64,000 bases of DNA, from NCBI GenBank assembly GCA_017601225.1, contig JAFNIX010000002.1, positions 52,903 to 116,902 of the forward strand. Reading direction: 5' to 3'. The notes under the pieces were generated by a model that saw only the letters and a list, made by a program, of their open reading frames with translations, ran no database searches and was not told the DNA's origin. This document shows positions 1 to 9,179 of the stretch, in pieces (position 1 is the first letter of the stretch; the number at the start of each line of letters is the position of its first letter). The translations under genes and the position numbers were made by a program. The DNA is from Candidatus Brockarchaeota archaeon (lineage in GTDB: Archaea > Thermoproteota > EX4484-205 > JAAOZP01).

Positions 1-1
1 G

Positions 2-1003
2 GAAATGCTGAGGAAGGCTAAGCCTAGGGCAGTTGACATATGTACACCGCATTCTGAACATCATAGGGTTGCATTAGAATGCATCAGGTCTGGGGCGGAC
101 ATTATGGTTGAAAAACCCCTCGGGGTGACGCTGAGGGCGAGCAAGACGATAATAGCTGCAGGGAAGAAACATGGGAGGATTGTTGCGACTGCGGAGAACA
201 TTCGCCGCGGAGTTAACCAGAGGACTATGCACTGGCTGATTAACGAAGCCAAGCTGATCGGTAGGCCAAGAATGTTCTACGCGATCCATGCTTCCTGGAA
301 CGATCCATTGAAGCCGAGGAAGTGGCATTGGAGGATTGAGAAGAACCTGAGTGGGGGAGGCCTGGTTTTAGACAGTGGAGCACATTTCTGCGATTCGATG
401 AGATACTTCTTTGGAGAGGTGGATATGGTTTACGCCTTCGTAGGACAGTTTGAAAAATGGCCTCACGATAAGAATGGGGAAACCTTTTACAGCGAAGTGG
501 AGGATAGCTGGGTTGCACTAATAAGCTTTGAAAACGGTCTCGTCGGAACATGGAGCTGGACCATGGCTGCACCCGGCCATTCTTTCACGAAGGTTGTTTA
601 CTACGGGTCAGAGGGATGTCTTCTCGACTCGGGCGATGTCTTCCACGGTCCTTTCGACAACGCTGTGCTAATTCTAAAAGACGGGACTCAGCGCACCATG
701 CTTGAGCTTCGAGAAGAATTCCTTAGAAGCATAGGCGAGGAGGGTAGGAACAGGCTTTTCCCACACGGCTTTACTGATGGTATTACTCTGGAGTGCTACG
801 ATTTTCTCGAAGCCGTTCAGAAAAGGAGGAGGCCTGAGGTTGACGGCGAAGACGGGATGAGGGCTAAGGCGATAGCCGAAGCAATATACGAGTCCGCTAA
901 GCTACGCGCAGCCGTAAGGTATAGGGATGTTCTCAACGGGAAGATTTCAAAATACCAGGATCCAATCGACAGGGCGAACGGGCTCTTAAAGAGGAAACGT
1001 TAG
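2..1003 (+). CDS. Gfo/Idh/MocA-family NAD(P)-dependent oxidoreductase, 5' end cut by window edge
   Basis: The frame is open from the window edge. It contains the family core TPHSEHHRVALECIRSGADIMVEKPL. The Rossmann GxGxxG N-terminus is absent, so the gene starts upstream of the window. Confidence 0.8.
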   Translation, partial: EMLRKAKPRAVDICTPHSEHHRVALECIRSGADIMVEKPLGVTLRASKTIIAAGKKHGRIVATAENIRRGVNQRTMHWLINEAKLIGRPRMFYAIHASWNDPLKPRKWHWRIEKNLSGGGLVLDSGAHFCDSMRYFFGEVDMVYAFVGQFEKWPHDKNGETFYSEVEDSWVALISFENGLVGTWSWTMAAPGHSFTKVVYYGSEGCLLDSGDVFHGPFDNAVLILKDGTQRTMLELREEFLRSIGEEGRNRLFPHGFTDGITLECYDFLEAVQKRRRPEVDGEDGMRAKAIAEAIYESAKLRAAVRYRDVLNGKISKYQDPIDRANGLLKRKR

Positions 1004-1008
1004 CCGAG

Positions 1009-2181
1009 TTATTCTCTGGCGTTTCTCAGAATACTGAGGACATCCTCCTTACCCAGCTTCACGAAGCTCCCTATTTTAGAGCGACCTGAGTCAGTGCACC
1101 GGAGCGCCATCTCCTCCAGCCTGTCTTCAGGAACACCCAGTTCCCTGAGCGTCGTCGGAAGACCTATTCGCTTGAAGAAAGACTTCAGCATCTCTACGCC
1201 TTCAAGAGCCGTTTTTCCAGGATCCTGGAAATCAGGCTCAACACCCCAGACTCTAACGGCGAACTGCACGAATATGTCTATGCGATGCTTATACACGTGT
1301 CTCATCCAGCTTGGAAACAATACTGCCAGCCCTGCGCCGTGCGGCACGTCGTACAGGCCGCTGAGCTCATGCTCTATTATGTGCGTAGCCCAATCCCCTA
1401 TCCGGCCTGTTCCAAGAAGATCATTGTGCGCAACAGTGCTGGCCCACATTATTTCAGCCCGAGCATCATAGTTCTCAGGCTCCCTTAAGACGATTGGAAC
1501 AATCCTTATCACTGTTTTTAAAGTTGCTTCGCAAAGCCTATCCGTCAGATCCGCATGCCGCACATTGGTAAAGTACCGCTCCATGACGTGAGCCATTATG
1601 TCAGCTGCTCCGCAAGCAGTATAGTAGGGTGGCACTGAAAAAGTAATCTCAGGATTCATCAACGCGAACCTGGGGCGTAAGAGATCGGATGTGAGTGAAA
1701 GCTTACGCCAATCCTCCTCGTTTGTAATAACAGAGCTGCTGCTCGCCTCACTCCCCGCTCCAGGTATCGTTAAAACAACTCCCACGGGCAACGCTTCCAT
1801 CGGCTCAGCCTTGCCAACGTAGAAATCCCATACGTCACCCCTATACGGAACGCCCACGCTTATGGCTTTAGCAGAGTCTATTACGCTCCCACCTCCAACC
1901 GCCAGTATGAAGCTTATATTGTTACTCCGGCAGATCTCTACTCCTTTTCTAACAAGGCTTAGACGAGGGTTAGGCTTAACACCCGGAAGTTCGATGAAAC
2001 TGACGCCTGCACCCTTCAAAGATTCCACAACCTTGTCGTAAAGACCTATTCTCTTTATGCTTCCACCACCATAATGGAAAAGAACCCTGTCGCTATATTT
2101 CTTCACCTCTTCTCCAACCAGATTTTCAACACCTCTGCCGAAAAGGATTTTAGTAGGACATTGAAACTGGAAGTCCTCCAT
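1009..2181 (-). CDS. Iron-containing (group III) alcohol dehydrogenase, butanol-dehydrogenase-like
   Basis: GGGSVIDSAKA motif and metal-binding His cluster (AHVMERYF, HIIEHELSGLYDVPHGAGLA). The ORF-track start at 2253 looks over-extended. The ATG at 2181 (MEDFQFQCPTKILFGRG) fits family N-termini. Confidence 0.85.
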   Translation of the reverse strand: MEDFQFQCPTKILFGRGVENLVGEEVKKYSDRVLFHYGGGSIKRIGLYDKVVESLKGAGVSFIELPGVKPNPRLSLVRKGVEICRSNNISFILAVGGGSVIDSAKAISVGVPYRGDVWDFYVGKAEPMEALPVGVVLTIPGAGSEASSSSVITNEEDWRKLSLTSDLLRPRFALMNPEITFSVPPYYTACGAADIMAHVMERYFTNVRHADLTDRLCEATLKTVIRIVPIVLREPENYDARAEIMWASTVAHNDLLGTGRIGDWATHIIEHELSGLYDVPHGAGLAVLFPSWMRHVYKHRIDIFVQFAVRVWGVEPDFQDPGKTALEGVEMLKSFFKRIGLPTTLRELGVPEDRLEEMALRCTDSGRSKIGSFVKLGKEDVLSILRNARE

Positions 2182-2316
2182 GGGGAAGGATTTCTTTAAA
2201 CAGGCTTTTAACCTTTGTTTTTCACAGGCTTCGGCACCTCGTAAGATTAGCATAGGTGTTTCCCCAGTAAAACATTTTTATTAGGATTGCATGGGTAATT
2301 TAGGAGGTTGAAGAAC

Positions 2317-2796
2317 ATGGTTAAAGTCTTAATACTTTACTATTCTAGAGGGGGAAACGTTGAAGCCCTAGCTAGGGCTGTTGCCCAAGGCGTGGAGAAG
2401 GTTGAAGGAGCCACGGCTGAGCTGAAACGCGTAGACTACGCTACTGTCGAAGACCTTATATCGTGCGACGCTGTAGCATTCGGCTCACCCAACTACTTCG
2501 GCTACATGGCGGGATTGTTGAAGGATTTCTTCGACAGGGCTTGGAGCATTAGGGAGAAGGTCGCGGGGAAACCGGCGGCCGTGTTCACGTGCGGCGGCAG
2601 TTCAAGCGACTCAGCGTTGCTGAGCATAGAAAGGATTTTCCCGGCTTTCAAAATGGAGAAAGCTGCTGGAGGCATTGTCTGGGGTCTCAGGGAGAAAGGA
2701 TCACCGTTCGAAAAGGACTTGTCTGAGTTGAAGAGACTTGGAGAGACTCTGGCGAAAGCAGCCGTTGAAAGAAAAACAAGAATGCCAGAGGACTGA
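2317..2796 (+). CDS. Flavodoxin-like fold NAD(P)H:quinone/FMN reductase (WrbA-like)
   Basis: N-terminus MVKVLILYYSRGGNVEALARAV and FGSPNYFGYMAG are typical of flavodoxin-like FMN reductases. The ATG at 2317 is preceded by GGAGGT; the TTG at 2308 is the ORF-track start. Confidence 0.7.
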   Translation: MVKVLILYYSRGGNVEALARAVAQGVEKVEGATAELKRVDYATVEDLISCDAVAFGSPNYFGYMAGLLKDFFDRAWSIREKVAGKPAAVFTCGGSSSDSALLSIERIFPAFKMEKAAGGIVWGLREKGSPFEKDLSELKRLGETLAKAAVERKTRMPED

Positions 2797-3210
2797 CAGC
2801 ATGAAACCCTCGGGGAAAGCAGTGTATTTTAGACCACTTTATCCCTAATCATTTTTGTTTCAGAATATCAGCGTCTTAAACATCCTCTGCTTCCTTTAAT
2901 GTTCCTTCAAGAAATAAAAAGGAATGTCCCTTTCGGATCAAGCACGCCTGCTCTAGCAGTACTGGTTTTGCTTGAATGCTCGTACATATGGGTGTGGTTC
3001 CCTGGCCCTCTTTAACCGCTCAAGGTTTCCCGCTATCACGCCACTATTGCCAACTCATGTGATGACTGCGGAACCACAGCACGCGCTGAGTAAAACTCGG
3101 AGAACCATAGGCAAGAAAAAGGGGAAATCAGCCTCAAGTCGAAAGAGTTCAAGACGAGCATGAAAAAACGTTGAACAACACGCCTGAAGACGGTGTGGGA
3201 AAACAAATAT

Positions 3211-4962
3211 ATGGGATTAAGGAAAAAACGTGACAACATGAGATCAGCGAGAACATGCTGTATGGCATTGATTGTTACAGCGACTGTTTTCCTTATGGGA
3301 ACAATGGCCGCGTTCATCATAAACAACGATTTCGGAAGGCTTGAAGTAAAAACCGTTGCAATACCGAATGACGAATACTACATAAGTGGAGTACTTTACC
3401 GTCCGCATGTAGCCACTGAGGAAAACCCTTTGCCAGCCGTAGTCCTTGTGCACGGTATCAGCAGTGCTAAAGAATCCATGAGCAGCATAGCGTTGGAGCT
3501 TGCCAGAAGAGGTTTCGTCGCATTATCGATAGATGTTGTGGGCCACGGAGACTCCGGTGGTAGGCTTGGTGCAACCAAGGATCACAGCCTTGGGGCTCTT
3601 GCAGCCTTAAGATACGTTGAAACATTGCCGTATGTTGACGCTTCTTCACTCGGCCTCGTTGGGCACAGCCTGGGGGCTGGGGCAGCAAGGGCGGCGGCCG
3701 CTGCTCACCGGAGGGTTAAAGCAACTGTGCTAATAGCGGGAGGTCTAGGCGGAATGGCTTCCGACCCGTTGGCATACGGGGTTCTGAACACTACTTTCCC
3801 AAAAAACCTGCTGGTAGCCATAGGTAGGCAGGACGTGCTTTTCAACCTTAATCAGGTTACCGATGAATGGCTACCCACGGTTTTTGGGGTTCAGGAGGTT
3901 TCCCCTGGAACACTATACGGCGATTTCACATCTGGAACCGCTAGGAAACTGGTAGCACCAGATACAACCCATCTGCTTGAACCCCTCGACCCAACTATTG
4001 TTTCTGAAACAGTCGTCTGGATGAGCAGCGCTCTCAAGCCTGGTGAAGCCAGCCGAATCGGACAACTGGAAGGAGGTTTAACGTATCCATACCGTGAAAC
4101 AATGATGCTCCTGAGTGTGTTCTCACTTGTGGGCTTAACCTTCCCGGTTTCCATGTTAATCTCGCCGCGCAAGCCTTTGAATAAGAATAGTATAGAGTAT
4201 GGTTCTCTTAAAGACTGGAAGATTATGGTTATTTGGGGAGCCCTGAGCATAGTACTGCTCCTACCAACGTTCATACTGGGCTTCAGACTACCCTTCCCAC
4301 CGGTTTTATTCGGCTCATCTATAGCCTGGTGGCTGCTCATTGTTGCTATAGCCGGTGTTTTAATCATCCTGTTCCTCATGCCTAGGTTAGGCGTTAGGCT
4401 GAGGATGAGAATCCTGGTGTCCGAATCCTTCACGCGGCGGGGAGCCTCAGCTGCAGTAAGCCTGTTCCTAATGCTGTATATCATTGTCTACCTTATAGGA
4501 CTATTATTAGGCGTGAACCTCTGGATTTTCGTACCCATTTTCAGAGTTCTCAGCATTCCGGCGAGAATAATCCTGTTTCTAACCTTCATACCGTTTTTCC
4601 TAGTCTTCTTCTACGTCGAGGGAATTTACCTGCATATTCTGCGCAGGGGAAGCGGGAAAAACGGGTTCCTCCAAGAAGCCGTAGAGATGGGTCGAACCAT
4701 CGGGATAAAGATTGCACCCTACATTCTCGTAATGGGAATGCAGTATATTCCAATGTTCCTGTTCGAGATTAAGCCGCTCACCTCTTTCCTCGGCTTCCTA
4801 ATAGAGTTCCTTCCACTCATAACAGTACTGTTCATCATCTCAACCGCATGCTCATGGTGGCTTCACCGGGTTACCTCATCCATAGGCACGGGCACAGTTT
4901 TCAACGCGCTCCTCTTCGCCTGGGTTTCAGCAGGCGTATTCCCCTTCGGAGCATTAGGTTAA
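3211..4962 (+). CDS. Alpha/beta-hydrolase domain fused to a polytopic membrane domain
   Basis: N-terminal TM (CCMALIVTATVFLMGTMAAFII), HG oxyanion motif (VVLVHGISS), and nucleophile elbow GHSLG (Ser codon at 3667-3669). About 8 hydrophobic helices follow from roughly residue 300 to the end. Start is uncertain (3193 GTG, 3211 ATG or 3238 ATG). Confidence 0.7.
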   Translation: MGLRKKRDNMRSARTCCMALIVTATVFLMGTMAAFIINNDFGRLEVKTVAIPNDEYYISGVLYRPHVATEENPLPAVVLVHGISSAKESMSSIALELARRGFVALSIDVVGHGDSGGRLGATKDHSLGALAALRYVETLPYVDASSLGLVGHSLGAGAARAAAAAHRRVKATVLIAGGLGGMASDPLAYGVLNTTFPKNLLVAIGRQDVLFNLNQVTDEWLPTVFGVQEVSPGTLYGDFTSGTARKLVAPDTTHLLEPLDPTIVSETVVWMSSALKPGEASRIGQLEGGLTYPYRETMMLLSVFSLVGLTFPVSMLISPRKPLNKNSIEYGSLKDWKIMVIWGALSIVLLLPTFILGFRLPFPPVLFGSSIAWWLLIVAIAGVLIILFLMPRLGVRLRMRILVSESFTRRGASAAVSLFLMLYIIVYLIGLLLGVNLWIFVPIFRVLSIPARIILFLTFIPFFLVFFYVEGIYLHILRRGSGKNGFLQEAVEMGRTIGIKIAPYILVMGMQYIPMFLFEIKPLTSFLGFLIEFLPLITVLFIISTACSWWLHRVTSSIGTGTVFNALLFAWVSAGVFPFGALG

Positions 4963-5150
4963 CAACACGCCAATAAAAGATTAGCTATGACTACGGCAAG
5001 CCGGGAAAGCGTGGGTAAAGATAGTTTCACAGTTTTACGCTTTAGGGTTAAATAGAATTTTTGGAGCTCTTCCACTCAGTATCTTGCCTCCCTGGCACAT
5101 CTGGTCTTTTCTCAAAAGGCACGCGTTTGAAACTATAGCCGTTTTCAAAC

Positions 5151-6095
5151 CTACCCCTGTTTCACCGACGGTATGAGCGCGTTTAAAACTGGTTCAACCC
5201 ACCTATTGTTCGGGATATCGTAAAGTATGAAGTCGCTGTCAAACTGCCAGTATGCCCAGCTCCACCCTATTTCCTCAGCCAGCCTAGCCACGAAGCTGAG
5301 GTATCTTACCCTAGAATCCATATCGGCCCTGTCATATACTCCGAACTCTCCTAGGAAAATAGGCCTGTCATGCTTCTCAGACCACGCTTGAACCTTCTCG
5401 AAATCACGCATGATTGCCTTCCTCTCCTCCGGGGAGCCCGCCCACTTTACTCCAACCCTGTTCTCGCGGCCAGCCCATTTAGCACCCTGATGCGTGAAAT
5501 CCATAGGTTCATAGTAGTGCACAGTCACAATTATATTCCTGTCTTCCTCAGGTAGAGCCAGCCTGTCAAGGCCGGTTAAGCTGTTCCAAAGGGCTGGGCC
5601 TATTATCACAGCCCTATCCGGGTTAGTCTTGCGCACAATTCTAAGAACATCGATGAGAAGACGATTCCAGAGCTCAGGCGTAAGCTCCCCGTTGGGCTCG
5701 TTTAGAAGCTCGAAAACCAAGCTGTCAGGATAATTACTGTAAAGCTTCCCGATTTGATCCCAGAAGGCGAGAAGCCTATCCCTGTTTCCAAACGGATCCC
5801 TCCCCATTACTATGAACTCGTGGAAATCAATTATTGGCATCAGCCAGTTGCCCAGAGCCTGTTCAACCGCCCAATCCAAGGTTTCAAGCCACTCTTCTGA
5901 AAGCCTGTTTTCCTCACCAATAGCATCGTCGCGGAAAGGGTGTAGAGCGATACGCACATTATTGAAGCCGACGCTCCTTATCAGCCTGAAATGCTCACTC
6001 CTCATCCTCGCCATAAACCTGTTTTTCCAGACCGGGTCGTAACCCAGAATGTTAACACCCCTGCCAAGCCGCTCATTCTGCTTAAACACATCCAT
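5151..6095 (-). CDS. Glycoside hydrolase family 5 (cellulase-type), no signal peptide
   Basis: GH5 signatures: acid/base Glu in FELLNEPNGEL and nucleophile Glu in FLGEFGVY, plus HYY and W-rich C-terminus. It starts MDVFKQNERLGRGVNILG with no hydrophobic leader. Confidence 0.85.
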   Translation of the reverse strand: MDVFKQNERLGRGVNILGYDPVWKNRFMARMRSEHFRLIRSVGFNNVRIALHPFRDDAIGEENRLSEEWLETLDWAVEQALGNWLMPIIDFHEFIVMGRDPFGNRDRLLAFWDQIGKLYSNYPDSLVFELLNEPNGELTPELWNRLLIDVLRIVRKTNPDRAVIIGPALWNSLTGLDRLALPEEDRNIIVTVHYYEPMDFTHQGAKWAGRENRVGVKWAGSPEERKAIMRDFEKVQAWSEKHDRPIFLGEFGVYDRADMDSRVRYLSFVARLAEEIGWSWAYWQFDSDFILYDIPNNRWVEPVLNALIPSVKQG

Positions 6096-6121
6096 TTTTA
6101 ATCAACCCCAGTACTCCATGC

Positions 6122-7849
6122 TCAACATTCAACCTTAAAAGCCCTGTAGGACGAGGGGGGAAGGTGGACTTGGAACACTGTTTCATCGTTCCTCTCAAAA
6201 CTTTTTAATTCTTCCTCGTAAGTAAGCTCACGCAGCTTCAAACCCTTACCCTTGACAACAACGTTGACTCTTGAAGGATGGGGCAGGAAAGAATGTAGGA
6301 TTAAAGCATCGTTGTCGTAAAGGAAAATGCAGACCCTGCTCGGCCCTTCGAGGCTTATTTTCAGATTCTTCGAAAAGGCTCTCCTAATGCCGTTTAAAAC
6401 CTGGGGTGGGAGATGGTATAGGTCGCTAAAGTTATCCGGTATTGTAAGAATGTAAAGCGTTCCTCTACCATAGTTCATGAGCATGAGTAAAGGATACCCG
6501 TTGCCCCTGCTTAAGCATGTGATGACCTCCCAAACATCGTTAGTCGGATATTTTAGATGCGGGATAAGGATTTCCACATCCGAGTGGTAAACATCCTTGA
6601 AAAGAAAGAAGCCCAGGGAAAAATCTTTAACAAGTATTTTCCCACTGGTATACTCAACCTCGGCTAGCTCCCTTGTCACCTCATCCTGCATCGCCCTGAG
6701 AAAGCCGGAGGTAATAATAGCGTCACCGCCTTTAACAAGATGCTTCTTGATTTTCCCCATTATCTCCCTGTCAAACTTGGCGCACTCTGGCAGGAACACG
6801 GTTTCACCGGATTCGGGAAAACCCGGAGTCATCTCGATGGGGATGCCTAGCATGCCTATGTAGCTGGGAAGGAAATCCTCGCCGGACGAGTTGAACGGCT
6901 TATAGCTTTTAACACCATAAGGGTTGCCGAGTCTCCCAAGGAGAAAATCCATCTCTTCAAATACGTTTCCAACTATTGGCGCAAGAATGCTTCTAGGAGT
7001 TTTCACCTCCTCCTGTTTTAAAGACTCAAGCAGAGAACCGTAGCAGAAGAGCGTCACCTCCCTAGCTTTAGCGAAGAGCGTCAGCCTTATTTGCTCCGCG
7101 TAACGGTCAAGAGTCCTCCTGGCAAATGGATCAATCCAGCCGCCGCCGTTTAAACCTGGCTTAACGTTCTCCAGAAACCTCATTATAGCGTAGCTCTGAT
7201 ACTCCTGAAGGTGTTGATGGGTATACTCTGAGTCTCTGGTCTCAGTGCCCGTGTAAACCATGTCGAAAAGCCGCGATTCGAAATCTAGACTGTAGCCGAG
7301 AAACTGGTAATGCTCATACCAGTTTGGATACTTTATTATCAGCCTAACCTTAGGATTAACCTCCTTCGCTGTTTTAAAGATGATGTTTTGCGCAACATCC
7401 TCCATAGTCTTCAAACGGTACTCGGTCCAGCTTCTATCGCCCTTGGCTTCAACACACGCTTCACACTTGCAACTTGTAAAAAGCCAATCGTCCAAAATTA
7501 TCTCGTCAAATAATTCAGCAGTATACTTGACAATGCTTTCAAGCATTTCCCGGTCTCCGGGCTTCGAGTAGCAGAGAGATTGGCCGTGCGGACCATTGGT
7601 AGCTATTCCCCCGGATGTCTCAATGCCCTTATCTTTGAAAAACGATTTAAGCTTCTGCAATAAGCCTCTATCCGCCAGGGTGCCGCTGCCGAAGGTCTCG
7701 AGATAGACTTTGTCTAAGAGAATACTATTGCTCAAAACCTTGAAACTGTTTTCCAGCCAGGTTGAATCAGCCATATTATTCACGTCGCGAACCGTGCAGT
7801 AGACTGCAACCTTAAAATTCCTATGTTTTCCTCCAACACCCATAAGCAT
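6122..7849 (-). CDS. Uncharacterised 575-aa protein, possibly glycoside-hydrolase-like TIM barrel with CxCxxC motif
   Basis: Long ORF lying 26 nt upstream of, and co-directional with, the GH5 gene. It carries a CKCEAC motif (nt 7454-7471) followed by W..YR. The family is not recognised with certainty. Confidence 0.6.
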   Translation of the reverse strand: MLMGVGGKHRNFKVAVYCTVRDVNNMADSTWLENSFKVLSNSILLDKVYLETFGSGTLADRGLLQKLKSFFKDKGIETSGGIATNGPHGQSLCYSKPGDREMLESIVKYTAELFDEIILDDWLFTSCKCEACVEAKGDRSWTEYRLKTMEDVAQNIIFKTAKEVNPKVRLIIKYPNWYEHYQFLGYSLDFESRLFDMVYTGTETRDSEYTHQHLQEYQSYAIMRFLENVKPGLNGGGWIDPFARRTLDRYAEQIRLTLFAKAREVTLFCYGSLLESLKQEEVKTPRSILAPIVGNVFEEMDFLLGRLGNPYGVKSYKPFNSSGEDFLPSYIGMLGIPIEMTPGFPESGETVFLPECAKFDREIMGKIKKHLVKGGDAIITSGFLRAMQDEVTRELAEVEYTSGKILVKDFSLGFFLFKDVYHSDVEILIPHLKYPTNDVWEVITCLSRGNGYPLLMLMNYGRGTLYILTIPDNFSDLYHLPPQVLNGIRRAFSKNLKISLEGPSRVCIFLYDNDALILHSFLPHPSRVNVVVKGKGLKLRELTYEEELKSFERNDETVFQVHLPPSSYRAFKVEC

Positions 7850-7967
7850 GCTGAGAATTCTTGATACTTATACTTTATTCTTGTTTCTTGTTACAAGAAA
7901 CTGTTCAAAAGGCTTTAGGAAAAAGCCTTATAAGGATTTCCCGACTCGAAGATGAACAGTAGGAGAA

Positions 7968-9143
7968 GTGGGGGGAAAGCCTTCGTTCAAAAACATAGCA
8001 ACGTCGACCCAAATACTGCTGGCTCTAATTATAATGCTGCCGATAGTCGTAAGCCTATGGTTAGTTCTCACATATCCCCCCAGCTTTTTCAAACTGCTTC
8101 CCGGAATTGGGGAGGACGGAGCAATACCGATCATGGTGGGAGAAGAAACATTTGAAACATTGATTGTTAAAATCCACTATCCTTCTGAAATAGCTAGGAT
8201 AATGGAGAATAGGATATGGAGCGAGGCCAGAGGGAACCGTTTGACTGTAAAAATAGGGGGATGCCTCAGGATAGTGTGGCACGACGATATGGTCATAGTG
8301 GGTATGATTAATAGTACGGAACATGTTTTTAACATAAGGGAGCTGAGGAGAAGACTAGAGCAACTAAAACTGTCTGTAAACAACACTTCTGTAGAGGCAA
8401 TGATCAATGTTTTAAACCTATCCTACCCGAGGCTGAGGAACCTGCCTGAAGACTTTAAGAATATGGTTTTCACGATCTTAGAGAACCAGTCTTTCATCAG
8501 ATGGCTTAGGGAGGAAGGCTTAACCTACAGTGTTGAAAGGGCCAGACTATGGGGAGCATTAGGAGGCGCACACGCGCTAACTTCGAATGTGGTGGAAATA
8601 GAACTGCTGGTTGAGGGGATTGAAGCATCGTGCAGCCTAATCCTTAATAAAACCTATAAGGTGGTTTCTAACTCTAATGCATCTAGGGAACTGCAAGTAG
8701 CGCTTGGGGAGAGCAACAAGACTAATGGAATTTGTATATACATTTACAAATATGATGATGGATTTATAGTGGGCACAATAGTGGAATTCAAAAACCCGTA
8801 TGACCCAGGATATACTCACAGCATGGGCGAAGCATGGCTAAAGAACAGCTCGTCAAACATTTGGACTTCACCAAGTACATATGTAAGGGTTTCGATTATT
8901 AACGCGACGAGTGAGCTGGGGCAGAGAATCATGCAGATATTAAGCAGCAACAGGCTTACGGGCAGGCTTATAGAATACGGATTCGAGGTAGACCTGGTCA
9001 TGACGGAGGAATATCTTTTCGATGAAACAAGCCGATACTTCAACACATATTTTTACTATGCAGGAAAAGAAGTGGAATTGAATGTGAATATTAATCCGGA
9101 TGCTGGAAGGATTGAGAAAATATCTTTCATTGCCCGAGAATAA
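7968..9143 (+). CDS. Hypothetical membrane-anchored/secreted protein (391 aa)
   Basis: N-terminal hydrophobic helix (ILLALIIMLPIVVSLWLVLTY) and several N-x-S/T sequons. No recognisable family. GTG start as given by the ORF track. Confidence 0.55.
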   Translation: MGGKPSFKNIATSTQILLALIIMLPIVVSLWLVLTYPPSFFKLLPGIGEDGAIPIMVGEETFETLIVKIHYPSEIARIMENRIWSEARGNRLTVKIGGCLRIVWHDDMVIVGMINSTEHVFNIRELRRRLEQLKLSVNNTSVEAMINVLNLSYPRLRNLPEDFKNMVFTILENQSFIRWLREEGLTYSVERARLWGALGGAHALTSNVVEIELLVEGIEASCSLILNKTYKVVSNSNASRELQVALGESNKTNGICIYIYKYDDGFIVGTIVEFKNPYDPGYTHSMGEAWLKNSSSNIWTSPSTYVRVSIINATSELGQRIMQILSSNRLTGRLIEYGFEVDLVMTEEYLFDETSRYFNTYFYYAGKEVELNVNINPDAGRIEKISFIARE

Positions 9144-9179
9144 GATTTTTAAAGATTTTCAGCAGAGAAAAGCTTAGAA

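Noticed and set aside
2972-3163. 63-aa highly basic ORF in the spacer upstream of the hydrolase fusion gene
   Set aside because: No start context and a low-complexity Lys/Arg/Ser tail. This is more likely the promoter and leader region of the gene starting at 3193-3238.
3891-4484. 197-aa minus-strand ORF
   Set aside because: It is antisense to the alpha/beta-hydrolase-membrane fusion gene and has no recognisable features.
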